DNA of 32,508 nucleotides, from the NCBI GenBank assembly GCA_945861255.1, contig CAMAUG010000001.1, forward strand, positions 1 through 32,508, read 5' to 3'. The notes under the pieces were generated by a model that had not been told where the DNA came from, did not search any database, and was given only the letters and a program-made list of their open reading frames with translations. Position 1 is the stretch's first letter. The number at the start of each line of letters is the position of its first letter. Positions 1 to 9,839 of the stretch are shown here, one piece after another. A program made the translations under genes and the position numbers. The stretch comes from Candidatus Sulfopaludibacter sp. SbA3. GTDB lineage: Bacteria; Acidobacteriota; Terriglobia; Bryobacterales; Bryobacteraceae.

Positions 1-144
1 GAGCAGCGGTCCCTGCTCCAGCAACTCGGCATCCGCCTGCCCGAACATCTCCAGTTCAATCGCAAATGTAGTGTAGACTCGGCGATCGCCTGAACCGATT
101 CTCAATGACTTACGTCGGTTTCGCCTGTTTCGTGACGAACTTGG

Positions 145-198
145 GCTAGACGGCGCGTGAATGAGCGCCGTTTACTTGCGCGCCGTCCTTAATCTAGC
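145..198. terminator. GC-rich multi-arm inverted repeat just downstream of the permease gene stop (207); possible terminator
   Basis: GACGGCGCG (149-157) pairs with CGCGCCGTC (179-187). An inner arm GCGCCGT (165-171) can pair with ACGGCGC (150-156) instead and is followed by TTTACTT. Outer GCTAG/CTAGC arms sit at 145-149 and 194-198. Confidence 0.35.
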
Positions 199-206
199 GC
201 TGAAAG

Positions 207-2651
207 TCATTCTTCGCGTAAACACACCCCCGGGTGGATCCGCGCCGCGTGACGCGCCGGAAGGTAGCACGCAAGCGCCGCTACCAGGGCTAGCATCACC
301 GCCACGGCGGCCAGAGTCACCGGGTCCGTGGCGCTGACGCCCACCAGTACATTGCGCAAGAGGGAGGCGACGGCGACGGCGCCTGCCAGACCCGCGGCGA
401 TGCCGATACTCGTCACACGCATTCCGCTGAGCATCACTTGCCGCAGCACGGCGCCGGGGCTTGCACCCAGCGCCATCCGGACGCCGATTTCATGCCGCCG
501 CTGGGCCACCGCGTATGCGTTCACGCCGTAGATGCCGATCACCGCCAGGATCAGCGCTAGCGCCGCGAAGCCACCCATGACCTGCGCTTGAAACCGCGGT
601 TCGGTTAATTGATTAGCGAAGGCCTGTTCGAGCGTGTCGATTTGCGCCGGAGGCGCGCCCGCGCCAAGCTGCGCCAGTTCCGCGCGCACTCCCGACGCCG
701 CCAGTCCGGGATCGGCGGCGGTTCGGACGGCCAACCAGGTGACACCAGACCACACGTTCTGCGCCTGGGGAGCATAGATGATTGGCTCGGGCCCCATGAC
801 GCCGCGTCCCGTGCGAACGTTGCCCACGACGCCGATCACCTGGGCGCGCATGGACTTCTCGAAGCCGTCCTTGGCCAGAATCGGACGGCTCAACAGCAGG
901 CGCTTACCTGTTGGATCTACCCCCGGGAAATACCGTGCGGCAAATGCTTCATTCACGATCAGCACCGGCGCAGCCGATTCGCGATCGGTCTCATCGAACG
1001 CGCGGCCGGTCTTCACGGAAATGCCGAGCGTCTCGAAATATCCGGGCATGACACTCACGTAACCGACGCCCGGCTTTTCCGCATCCGGCCGCGGAGGCGA
1101 CGTTTCCAGATCGAACGGCACGTTCATCGTCAAAGTGCGCAGCGGCAGATCGCTACCAGCGGTCGCGCGAACCACACCCGGCAGCCCTTGAATGCGCCGT
1201 ACGGCTTCGCGATAGAGCGCCAACGCGCGCGCCGGGCCGTACCGCGCCTCCGGCAAGAACATCCGAGCGGTCAGCACATTGCTGGGATTCAAACCTGGAT
1301 CACGCGCGGTCAGATTCGCCAGACTCTCGCTCATCAGCGCCGCGCTGGCCAGCAACATCAGCGCCAGCGCCACCTGCAGCGCAACCGTGGCATGCCGGAA
1401 CTGCTGCCGGCGCCGCCCCGGCGTGGCGCCCCGGCTCCCTTCGCGAAGCGTGCTTTGCAGATCCACGCGCATGGCGGAGAGCGCCGGAGCCATGCCGAAG
1501 ACAAGGCCCGCGCCAACGGTCACAAGGATCGAAAACTCGATGACTGCCGCGTTCAACTGGACCGGCAACGCCGAGGCCACGGTGGAAGCCGGCAGCACGG
1601 AGGGGACGGCGCGAATCAATGCCCACGCAACCGCCAATCCAAGCGCCCCGCCGGTCAGCGCCAGCACAATGTTCTCGGTGAGAACCTGCCGTATCAGCCG
1701 CGCGCGGCCCGCGCCCAGCGCCGCGCGCACCGCCATCTCCCGGCCACGCGCCACCGAACGTGTCAGCAGAAGTCCGGCGACGTTCGTGCACGTGATCAAC
1801 AGCACTAGCCCGACGGCGGCAAATAGTAACAGCAGGCGCAGGCGGAAGGTCCGGTCCAGTAACCACTCCAAGACGTCCTGCGCTTGAACGCTCCAGCCCT
1901 TGTTACTGTCCGGATACTCCTGGGCTAGCGCGCCGGCCAGCGCGGCCATTTCGGCCGCCGCTCTTTCGCGGCTGACAGTGCGGCGGGCCAGCGTCAGCAG
2001 ATACCGGTAGTCGCGATCGGCGGAATTGAGCGACGCTGGAACCCAGATGTGGCGCTCCGGAAAAAAGCGGAACCCCGGCGGCATCACGCCGATAATGCGG
2101 TGGGGAATCGAGTTCAATTCGATGGTTCGCGATAAGACGTCGGCGCGACCGCCGAAACTCTCCTGCCACAGTGGATAGCCGATCACTGCGACGCGCGCCG
2201 CAGCCCCGGGAGTCGCGATGCCGTCTTCGTGCGGAAGAAACGTTCTCCCGAGCACGGGCTGAACGCCCAGAGTCCGGAAGAAATTCGCGGTTACCATGCC
2301 GCCTCTCATTTGAACAGCGCTGCCTCCGTCCGCTGCGGCGCCTGTCAGCACGAACGATGCGGATGCCCAACCGGCAATATCGGAAAAGGACTTCGTGCGC
2401 GCGCGCCAATCCAGAAAATTCGCAGCCGAAGCGTTGTTGAGCACTCCTTGCGCATCTCTCTCCCACAGCAGCACCACGCTCTCGGGGTCGGAGTAGCTGA
2501 CGGGGCGGAGCAACAGGGCATCCACCACGCTGAACATCGCCGCGTTCGCTCCGATGCCGAGGGCGAGCGCCAGCACGACCCAGCACGACATTAATGGAGA
2601 TCGCAATACAATTCGAATGCCAAAACGCACGTCTTGTAATAACGATTCCAT
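207..2651 (-). CDS. ADOP-family duplicated FtsX/MacB-type ABC transporter permease
   Basis: 814-aa ORF with an ATG start. The N-terminus MESLLQDVRFGIRIVLRSP is typical of the acidobacterial duplicated orphan permease family. Two FtsX-like TM bundles are each preceded by a large periplasmic domain. Confidence 0.85.
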   Translation of the reverse strand: MESLLQDVRFGIRIVLRSPLMSCWVVLALALGIGANAAMFSVVDALLLRPVSYSDPESVVLLWERDAQGVLNNASAANFLDWRARTKSFSDIAGWASASFVLTGAAADGGSAVQMRGGMVTANFFRTLGVQPVLGRTFLPHEDGIATPGAAARVAVIGYPLWQESFGGRADVLSRTIELNSIPHRIIGVMPPGFRFFPERHIWVPASLNSADRDYRYLLTLARRTVSRERAAAEMAALAGALAQEYPDSNKGWSVQAQDVLEWLLDRTFRLRLLLLFAAVGLVLLITCTNVAGLLLTRSVARGREMAVRAALGAGRARLIRQVLTENIVLALTGGALGLAVAWALIRAVPSVLPASTVASALPVQLNAAVIEFSILVTVGAGLVFGMAPALSAMRVDLQSTLREGSRGATPGRRRQQFRHATVALQVALALMLLASAALMSESLANLTARDPGLNPSNVLTARMFLPEARYGPARALALYREAVRRIQGLPGVVRATAGSDLPLRTLTMNVPFDLETSPPRPDAEKPGVGYVSVMPGYFETLGISVKTGRAFDETDRESAAPVLIVNEAFAARYFPGVDPTGKRLLLSRPILAKDGFEKSMRAQVIGVVGNVRTGRGVMGPEPIIYAPQAQNVWSGVTWLAVRTAADPGLAASGVRAELAQLGAGAPPAQIDTLEQAFANQLTEPRFQAQVMGGFAALALILAVIGIYGVNAYAVAQRRHEIGVRMALGASPGAVLRQVMLSGMRVTSIGIAAGLAGAVAVASLLRNVLVGVSATDPVTLAAVAVMLALVAALACYLPARHAARIHPGVCLREE

Positions 2652-2672
2652 CGATTTAGTGAGAAATGCGCG

Positions 2673-3491
2673 CTACGCCTCGGCGACCACCGGGTTCCGC
2701 AGCTCTCCCAGTCCCTGAATCCGGATCACCACTTCATCCCCGGCCCTCAAATATCGTGGTGGCTTCCGCGCGAAGCCGACGCCGGCCGGCGTTCCGGTAG
2801 CCACGATGTCGCCCGGCTCCAGCGTCACCACCGACGAAATGAATTGCACCAGATCCGCCACGCCGAAGATCATCTCGCGCGTGTTGGAATGTTGTAAAAT
2901 GTCGCCGCCGATTTCGAGTGTGATATCGAGCGTCCGCGGATCGGCGATTTCATCGCGCGTCACCAGCCACGGACCCATGGGTGCGAATGTATCGAACGTC
3001 TTGCCCATCAACCACTGCGATGTCGCCATCTGGTAATCGCGCGCACTGACGTCGTTCACGATGGTGTAGCCAAAGACGTGCTCCATGGCGCGGGATGCCG
3101 GAATCGCGCGCCCACCCTTGCCGATGACGAACGCGAATTCGGCTTCGTAGTCCGGACGCGTGGAAACTTTCGGCAATACAATGGGATCGCCCGGCCCGAT
3201 GACAACGTTCGAAAATTTGCTGAAGACCGCCGGGACGCTGGGAATTTCCAAGCCGGCTTCCTTCGCATGATCACGGTAATTGAGGCCTATGCAGATAAAC
3301 TTCGGCGGGCGGGGTACTGGAGCAAGCAGTCTTACCTTGGAGAGCGGATGCGAGTGGCCTCCCGCAGCGGCAGGAACTCCCCCGGAAGCCAGCACGGAGA
3401 GCATGTCCCGGCCCAATCCGATCACTTCGTTTCCGGCGACGATGCCCGCCTCCGCCGGACGGCCCGGAATTTGAAACGTAACCAGTCGCAT
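2673..3491 (-). CDS. Fumarylacetoacetate hydrolase (FAH) family protein
   Basis: The MRLVTF N-terminus and the core motifs (GLNYRDHAKE, PDYEAEFAFVIGK, GDIVATGTPAGVG) are typical of the FAH fold. ATG at 3491 is preferred; the longer ORF start at 3512 is possible. Confidence 0.85.
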   Translation of the reverse strand: MRLVTFQIPGRPAEAGIVAGNEVIGLGRDMLSVLASGGVPAAAGGHSHPLSKVRLLAPVPRPPKFICIGLNYRDHAKEAGLEIPSVPAVFSKFSNVVIGPGDPIVLPKVSTRPDYEAEFAFVIGKGGRAIPASRAMEHVFGYTIVNDVSARDYQMATSQWLMGKTFDTFAPMGPWLVTRDEIADPRTLDITLEIGGDILQHSNTREMIFGVADLVQFISSVVTLEPGDIVATGTPAGVGFARKPPRYLRAGDEVVIRIQGLGELRNPVVAEA

Positions 3492-3629
3492 TAAATCACC
3501 AGCGTACACCACCGTCCCGGGCAGGCGGCGATGTGAGATATAGGGCGAAGGCGTAGGCGGCGCCGCGATCCGGTTTCACTTCCGGTAGGCGGGTTTGAGG
3601 TTCGCGCGACATGCCACAATGAATAGTTC

Positions 3630-5165
3630 ATGTCCCGCATGCAACGCGCGCTGATCAGCGTGACCGATAAGACTGGAGTGGTCGATTTCGCCCGCTCCCT
3701 TTCCGCTTTAGGCATTGAGATTATTTCCACGGGAGGCACTTACCGGGTCTTGAAGGACGCCGGGATCGCGCCGTTGCGTGAGGTCGCCGAGGTCACCGGG
3801 TTTCCGGAAATGCTGGATGGCCGCGTGAAGACGATCCATCCGCGCATCGCGGGCGGCGTGCTGGCGATGCGGTCCAAGCCCGATCATATGCGCGCGATCG
3901 CCGAGCACGGCATCCCCCCCATTGATCTGGTGTGCGTCAACCTGTACGACTTCGAAAAGGTGGCGGCGAAGAAAGACGCGCCACTCGAAGAGCTCATCGA
4001 AAACATCGATATCGGCGGCCCCACCATGATTCGCGCAGCGGCCAAGAACTGGCAGGATGTCGCGGTGATCACTTCACCGTCCGATTACGCTGCCATCGTG
4101 GAAGAACTTCTGTCCGGCGGAGGTGAGCTCACAGGGGCCACGCAGTGGCGGCTGGCCAAACAAGCCTTCGCCACCACAGCGGCGTATGATCGCGCCGTGA
4201 CCAACCGTTTGGCGGAGATTCCACCGACCGGCGACGAGCTTCCTGCGACGCTCGATATCCGCGCCGCGCGCGCGCTTTCCTTGCGGTACGGCGAAAATCC
4301 GCATCAGTCGGCCGCTGTGTACGCCAGTGAGGCAACGGGAATCGCCGGAGCAAAGCAGCTTCATGGCAAAGAGCTTTCCTACAACAATCTGGTGGATCTG
4401 GATGCGGCCTGGCAGTTGATCGCGGAGTTCGATGCGCCCGCCTCCGCCATCATCAAGCACACCAACCCATGTGGCTGCGCCGAGGGCCCGTCGCTGGCCG
4501 AAAGCTACCGCAGCGCGTTTGAAGCCGACCCCGTTTCGGCTTTCGGCGGCGTGCTGGCCTTTAATCGCGTGCTGGACGCAGAGACTGCTGCCGAAATCGC
4601 GAAAACGTTCATCGAAGCCATTGCCGCGCCGGGATATAGCGAAGAAGCCGTGACCCTCCTCCGCGAAAAAAAGAACCTCCGCCTGCTACAAGTGCGCGCC
4701 GCGCCCACCGGATTGGTTGTGAAATCCATCAGCGGAGGATACTTGGCGCAGACGCCAGACGCGTATCGTTTATCGCGCGCGGAGGCCCAGGTGAAAACCA
4801 GACGCGTACCCACGAAAGAGGAATGGAGCGCGCTCGAATTCGCCTGGAAAGTCTGCAAGCACGTCAAGAGCAACGCCATCGTCTACGCAAGAGCGGGGCA
4901 GTTGATCTCAGCGGGCGCGGGACAGATGAGCCGCGTCGATTCCGTGAAAGTGGGCGCCATGAAAGCGGTGCTCCCGCTGCACGGCTCCGTGCTGGCTTCC
5001 GACGCGTTCTTCCCGTTTCCGGATGGCATTGAAGAAGCCGCCCGGCACGGCATAACGGCCGTGATTCAACCGGGCGGATCCGTGAAAGACGCCGAAGCCA
5101 TTGCCGCCGCAGACCGCCTGGGCCTGGCTATGGTGTTTACCGGCGTGCGGCACTTCCGGCATTAG
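3630..5165 (+). CDS. purH: Bifunctional AICAR transformylase / IMP cyclohydrolase
   Basis: 511 aa. The N-terminus RALISVTDKTGVVDFARSL (MGS-like domain) and full-length PurH-like sequence run through the C-terminal VFTGVRHFRH. Confidence 0.95.
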   Translation: MSRMQRALISVTDKTGVVDFARSLSALGIEIISTGGTYRVLKDAGIAPLREVAEVTGFPEMLDGRVKTIHPRIAGGVLAMRSKPDHMRAIAEHGIPPIDLVCVNLYDFEKVAAKKDAPLEELIENIDIGGPTMIRAAAKNWQDVAVITSPSDYAAIVEELLSGGGELTGATQWRLAKQAFATTAAYDRAVTNRLAEIPPTGDELPATLDIRAARALSLRYGENPHQSAAVYASEATGIAGAKQLHGKELSYNNLVDLDAAWQLIAEFDAPASAIIKHTNPCGCAEGPSLAESYRSAFEADPVSAFGGVLAFNRVLDAETAAEIAKTFIEAIAAPGYSEEAVTLLREKKNLRLLQVRAAPTGLVVKSISGGYLAQTPDAYRLSRAEAQVKTRRVPTKEEWSALEFAWKVCKHVKSNAIVYARAGQLISAGAGQMSRVDSVKVGAMKAVLPLHGSVLASDAFFPFPDGIEEAARHGITAVIQPGGSVKDAEAIAAADRLGLAMVFTGVRHFRH

Positions 5166-5171
5166 TACGCC

Positions 5172-5204
5172 GCCGCTTGCTCTTGAGCGGCTTTGCGGGT
5201 CTTT
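5172..5204 (+). terminator. Possible purH terminator hairpin
   Basis: GCCGCT-tgctcttg-AGCGGC (5172-5191) is followed by a T-rich tract (TTTGCGGGTCTTT). The stem is short, so this is weak. Confidence 0.3.
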
Positions 5205-5271
5205 GGGATGTGGAGTGCGACATTCTGCTGGATGAACCTGGCTCACCATGAAGAGTGCCGCGCGCTGCTTC

Positions 5272-6201
5272 TCAAGCCACTTCCGTTCGCCTTACGTTGC
5301 TGCTTACGCGGTTTACGTCCAGCACCAGATTGCCGCCTGGGTCGATCTCAAAGGCCGGCTGGAACGCGGCGTCCCAGACCATTTCGTCATAGCGGTAGGA
5401 ATAGCGCGCATGCACGATCTGGCTGAACGTGTCGTCGAAACCCTTGATGAGCGTCACGATCTCGGCCTGGATCCGTTGGAGGTCATCCGCCGACTTACCG
5501 AATACGGGACTTGACTCGTCGATGGGATGCACCAGGGTCCATGTCAAAGGCAGGAAATAAATGTTTTGGCGCTCCAGTTTCAGTTGTTGGAACCGCCTTC
5601 TCTGCGCTCCGGGCGGGCCCTCCACCGTCATCAGGATCATACTGGCCTCCAATTCCATGAGTATGTTGGGCCGCATGTTTACCAGCCGCACCTGTAGGCT
5701 GGAACCGCCCGCATAAGGGGCCACCAGCAGGCGCTCGCCGAAGGAAATGCGCGCCGAGGGGCGTGAGAAGCGCCCGAAGAGCAATCCCGTGCCCAGCGCG
5801 ATTCCCATGATGCCCGTGATAGCCTCCAGCGCCGTCAGCGCGTTGGCCGCCGTAGATTTCGGAGCGATGTTACCGTAGCCGACCGTGGTCAGCGTGTGGG
5901 AGCTGAAGAAGAAATCGTTCAGGAAGCGCCCCCATTCGGTGGGTGCGTCCGCGCCTTGTAATTGCCCCGGCCCCAGCACGAAGTACGCGGCGCCGAACAG
6001 CGTTGTCAGCAGCACGTAACCGGTCAGGACGATCGCCAGGAACCGCCCCCAGGTCATGTTGAGCAGAGCCAGGTAGGGATGGAAATCGCGCCAGCTACCG
6101 CCCCGCCGAACGACATTGAAGCTGCCGTCTTTATTGAGCGTGCGCCGCAGGACTCCGGTGTATTGCTGAGTGAGGCCTGGATCGAAGGTGGGCTGGTTCA
6201 T
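5272..6201 (-). CDS. Inward-rectifier-type (KirBac-like) potassium channel
   Basis: 309 aa. It has two TM helices flanking a pore loop with the K+ selectivity signature TTVGYGN, followed by a C-terminal beta-rich cytoplasmic domain as in KirBac proteins. Confidence 0.85.
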   Translation of the reverse strand: MNQPTFDPGLTQQYTGVLRRTLNKDGSFNVVRRGGSWRDFHPYLALLNMTWGRFLAIVLTGYVLLTTLFGAAYFVLGPGQLQGADAPTEWGRFLNDFFFSSHTLTTVGYGNIAPKSTAANALTALEAITGIMGIALGTGLLFGRFSRPSARISFGERLLVAPYAGGSSLQVRLVNMRPNILMELEASMILMTVEGPPGAQRRRFQQLKLERQNIYFLPLTWTLVHPIDESSPVFGKSADDLQRIQAEIVTLIKGFDDTFSQIVHARYSYRYDEMVWDAAFQPAFEIDPGGNLVLDVNRVSSNVRRTEVA

Positions 6202-6297
6202 CCTCCGATGTTAGAACGGTGGGGGCGCGATGCGCACATCTCCACGCGCTGGGCGAGAGAAGGGCGGGAAGAAACAGTTGGAAGGCCTTGCAGGGAT

Positions 6298-6374
<77 letters not shown>

Positions 6375-6531
6375 GCTTTCTGTCGGTGAATACCAGAATA
6401 GCACGGGGGGATGAGCATTTGCCGCATTACATCAGGCGACACAGCACTAAACAACACCACACCACACTACCCATACCGATGGCAGTGCGGCCTGTTGCGG
6501 GTGTACCATCATAAAACCCACGGGAGGTAAT

Positions 6532-8172
6532 ATGATTCGCCAACTACTGGTCCACCGCGCAGCGGCCGTGATGATCGCCGCAGCCCTCACAGCCACCCTC
6601 GCAACCGCGCAATTCGCTCCTGGGTACGTCGATCCCCAGCCGGTATTGCAAGCCGCGGCGAAGGCCATCGGCACGGACAACCTGCGCTGCGTCACCATCG
6701 CTGGCACGGGCTACGCGGGGGCCGTCGGGCAGCAGCGCGAATCCGGCGTGAATGTGGATTGGCCGCGCATCGATTCGCTGGCCAACTACACCCGCGTGAT
6801 GAACTGGGAAAACCAAACGATGAAGGAAGAGTTCGACCGCAAGCCCGGACTCAACCCGGCATCCTGGAAATACGGTTCCGGCTGGAAAGACGGTACGCCG
6901 CTCCAGCGCAATCCGCACCAGACTTTCGCGGTCAACGGCAAATTCGGGTGGCACCTCGACGGCGCCGGCGGCCGGCCCGTGGCTGCTCCGCCCGATGATG
7001 CCGAACGGTGGCAACTGGATCTCTGGATCAACCCGCATGGCTTCCTGAAGGCCGCCAAGCTACCGGGCGCAAATCCGCGGGCCGTGTGGCGATGGGAGCT
7101 CGGCGAATCCGGACGCGACGGAAATACGACGATTCCAGAGAAGGTGACCGTGGTCACCATCACCATGTTCGGCAAGTATCGCGTGGACGCGACGATTAAT
7201 AAAGAGAACATGCTTCAACGTATTCACACTTCGGTCCCCGATCCGGTGCTGGGCGACCTGAACTATGAGCATGAGTTCACGAATGAAAGCTATGTCGACG
7301 CTGGCAACGGCGTCCGCTTCCCCACCACATGGCATCATCACGACGGCTTTGACGATAACTTCGGCGCGCAGAACATCAGCGCGGGACATAACGGGTTCGG
7401 CGGCAACATCCCCAACATCAAGGCAAACGTGTGCCCCGAGCCCCTGCCCGTACCGGACGCCGTCCGCCAAGCTACGTTCCCGGTAAGGGTGGAACCGCAA
7501 AGACTTGCCGACGGGGTATATCTGATGGGCGGAGCTTCGCATAACAGCGTGGCCGTGGAGTTTAAAGATTACATCGCCGTGGTGGAGGCGCCTCTCAACG
7601 AACAGCGCAATTTAGCGGTAATCGAAGAGATCACGAAACTGATGCCCAACAAGCCGATTCGCTTCCTGGTGAACACGCACCAGCACTTCGACCACATCGG
7701 CGGGTTACGCACGTACATGCACATCGGCGCGACCATCATCACCCATGTGAAGAACTATAGCTTCTACACGCACGACGTTCTCAATTACGCCGCGCGAACG
7801 CTGGAGCCCGACATGATGAGCCTGTGGCCGCCCACCGAGGTCGCCGAGGGTTATCAGTATGAAGCCATCCGGGAGAACTTCACGCTGACAGACGGCCGCC
7901 GCATCATGCATATCAGCTACGTGCAGCCGCTGGCGCACGCGGAGGGTATGCTGATGGCGTACCTGCCTCAGGAAAAGATTGCCATAGAAGCCGACGTGTT
8001 CGATCCTCCCGCGCCGGGCGAGTCCCTACCCGCCACACCCAGCGCCGCGAACAGGAGCTTCTACAACCACGTGAAGCGGCTGGGATTGGACGTCACCACC
8101 ATCGCACCCATTCATGGACGCGCAACGCCATGGAGCGATTTTGCGCAGTGGGTGGAGCGTGCCGGGAAATAA
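6532..8172 (+). CDS. Secreted MBL-fold metallo-hydrolase with an N-terminal beta-rich domain
   Basis: 546 aa with a GGGAGG Shine-Dalgarno before the ATG. It has a signal-like N-terminus (AAVMIAAALTATLATA) and the HxHxDH zinc motif as NTHQHFDHIGG in the C-terminal half. Confidence 0.8.
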   Translation: MIRQLLVHRAAAVMIAAALTATLATAQFAPGYVDPQPVLQAAAKAIGTDNLRCVTIAGTGYAGAVGQQRESGVNVDWPRIDSLANYTRVMNWENQTMKEEFDRKPGLNPASWKYGSGWKDGTPLQRNPHQTFAVNGKFGWHLDGAGGRPVAAPPDDAERWQLDLWINPHGFLKAAKLPGANPRAVWRWELGESGRDGNTTIPEKVTVVTITMFGKYRVDATINKENMLQRIHTSVPDPVLGDLNYEHEFTNESYVDAGNGVRFPTTWHHHDGFDDNFGAQNISAGHNGFGGNIPNIKANVCPEPLPVPDAVRQATFPVRVEPQRLADGVYLMGGASHNSVAVEFKDYIAVVEAPLNEQRNLAVIEEITKLMPNKPIRFLVNTHQHFDHIGGLRTYMHIGATIITHVKNYSFYTHDVLNYAARTLEPDMMSLWPPTEVAEGYQYEAIRENFTLTDGRRIMHISYVQPLAHAEGMLMAYLPQEKIAIEADVFDPPAPGESLPATPSAANRSFYNHVKRLGLDVTTIAPIHGRATPWSDFAQWVERAGK

Positions 8173-8175
8173 ACG

Positions 8176-8658
8176 TCAAACGCGTTTCCGCGATTCAACC
8201 AGTAGCAAGTCAATCAATCGGGGATCCGCGCGAAACCCGGTCGATTGAAGACGGATGAAGGCCAGCTCTAAATTGACCGCGCCGACCGCCGCCGCATCCG
8301 CCAGCACGCGAAGCGTACCGGCAATGGTCAGTCCACAAATTTTCGCGGCGGATCGCCCGTCACGCTCATCGATCAAGACCAAGGACGCGTGAAGCTCCAT
8401 CGCGAGTGCCAAAGCTTCCCGCTCACCGCGATCCAGATGCGAGAGTCTTGGATCGTTCGGGTCCTTGGGGGCGGCCACGATCAGCCAAGTGGGCGAGTTC
8501 TCAAACCAACTTCGCACTTGAAGGGGTGCGGCAGGGGCAACAAGTTCGGATGCGCAAGCGGGAGGAATGTACACTTTGCCGTAGAGCAAAGGCAAGCACT
8601 CGAGTGATCCGATGAGGACGAGATAGTTCAGAGGTGACGTGTCCGCAACGACAATCAT
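8176..8658 (-). CDS. DUF3368-type PIN-like toxin (type II TA)
   Basis: 160 aa. The N-terminus MIVVADTSPLNYLVLIG is typical of DUF3368. Its start overlaps the upstream UPF0175 gene by 4 nt. Confidence 0.75.
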   Translation of the reverse strand: MIVVADTSPLNYLVLIGSLECLPLLYGKVYIPPACASELVAPAAPLQVRSWFENSPTWLIVAAPKDPNDPRLSHLDRGEREALALAMELHASLVLIDERDGRSAAKICGLTIAGTLRVLADAAAVGAVNLELAFIRLQSTGFRADPRLIDLLLVESRKRV

Positions 8659-8921
8659 CGGCGCTCGCCGATTCCTTGGGTTGCATCGCCCTCACGCCGG
8701 AAGTCGTCGAGAGTGTAGTCCAACCAGACACCATGAGCCTTAAGTAGTTCGTCCGCCCCCACTCGGCTTAAACCGAGAAGACGGCGAAACTGGACGTCAG
8801 ACAGCTTCGCATTCCTATACTCCTCGACCGCGATCGCCTCCAGGGCGGCGCGAGAGAGATCGTGACCGCCCGATTTCAAAATGGCAGCCAATTCATCCGG
8901 AATTTCAAGAGTAACCTGCAT
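8655..8921 (-). CDS. UPF0175-family antitoxin
   Basis: 88 aa with a helix-turn-helix-like sequence (AIAVEEYRNAKLSDVQFRRLLGLSR). The 4-nt overlap with the DUF3368 gene is the classic TA arrangement. Confidence 0.75.
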   Translation of the reverse strand: MQVTLEIPDELAAILKSGGHDLSRAALEAIAVEEYRNAKLSDVQFRRLLGLSRVGADELLKAHGVWLDYTLDDFRREGDATQGIGERR

Positions 8922-9120
8922 AGTTGGAGGCTGAAAGCCTCACCCTCTTAAATTGTATCGTGCAAGATCCGCCATGGCGCGGGGTACCCGGTCTCCGCCG
9001 GTAGGAACCGCAGCCGCTATTGTCGTCAACGAGCCGGAATCGTGGTTCCTACACCGCTCGCCGGAACTATACGTTGGGCAAACGGCATGGACAGGGGGGT
9101 ACAAGAGGCTGTTTGCGGAA

Positions 9121-9839
9121 TTATTCGACTATGATCTCCCAACATCGGCGAACTCCAACTATGCTGTTCCATTGCTCGCGCGGAATGCCCGGCACGGAAA
9201 CTCTGAGAGGACCCTGAACGCGGAATCCATCTCCGAAGTTCGCACGGAACAACTCTAAAAATATGGCCTGCCGAACAGGGAAACTCTCGTATTTCAGTGT
9301 GAGTAACTTCTTCTCTCCGGCACCAAGTCCGCCAGACATCAAGCCACGAATTGCGAGGTTCTTACTTTCACCTTTGTCGAGCAGACCACCGATCAAACGT
9401 GACGGGCTCATCGCTCTGGTTGTGGATGTTGATGCGGATTTCCGCTTCATAATGCCCTTTTTCCACGAGGCCAGGCACGCAGAATTCCGCGTAGGTAGGA
9501 CGGGCTGAAACCGGACCCGATTCAAAGAGCGGCGCCAGGGCATTGACATCTAGAAATACGATGGCTACGGCTAATACAATTGCTACGGACTGTAGCATCG
9601 CTGGTCTCAACCAGCTAATAAAGACAACGTAAGCGGCCATGAACGCGGCGGGAGTCGGCACCCCACCACCAAACGCCCGGATTGACACCAGAGAACACTC
9701 CACTCAGGAGAGCCAGTGTAATCCGTAGCCACCAGGCTGTCCCAGTCGTCGGCGGTTGAGAGCCATCAGACGATTCGGTACCTTTGAGCGAAAGGATATC
9801 CACCTCTTCTCTTCCAGTGCCTCTCCGTGCTAAGCGCAA
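9121..9839 (-). pseudogene. Possible frameshift-disrupted membrane-anchored protein in a low-GC stretch
   Basis: Three overlapping minus-strand frames (9615-9839, 9368-9703, 9121-9549) read in series as TM helices (AWWLRITLALLSGVF; AAYVVFISWL; AIVLAVAIVFL) followed by a beta-rich segment (VEKGHYEAEIRINIHNQSDEPVTFD / LIGGLLDKGESKNLAIRGL...KKLLTLKYE). Continuity would need two frame changes. No family was recognised. Confidence 0.25.

Noticed and set aside
1-93. Open reading frames at the left window edge (plus-strand frame ending at TGA 91-93; also an open minus-strand frame)
   Set aside because: Only about 30 codons are visible, both strands are open, and no motif is recognisable. This is too little to call a gene or its strand.
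328-2594. Multiple plus-strand and minus-strand ORFs (up to 399 aa) overlapping the ADOP permease gene
   Set aside because: All are Arg/Pro/Ala/Gly-rich shadow frames. The 814-aa permease frame explains the region.
3513-3629. Possible ZTP (pfl) riboswitch upstream of purH, a common location for it
   Set aside because: I could not find the conserved 5' subdomain or the 3' CCGCCTGGGC-type pseudoknot element on the plus strand. The only similar string (cgccgcctgcccggg) is on the wrong strand and is imperfect.
8953-9258. 101-codon plus-strand ORF in the low-GC stretch
   Set aside because: It has a TTG start without a Shine-Dalgarno, only a weak third-position GC signal (about 62% against about 56% for the opposite frame in the part I counted) and no recognisable family. 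It cannot be distinguished from noise or a gene fragment.
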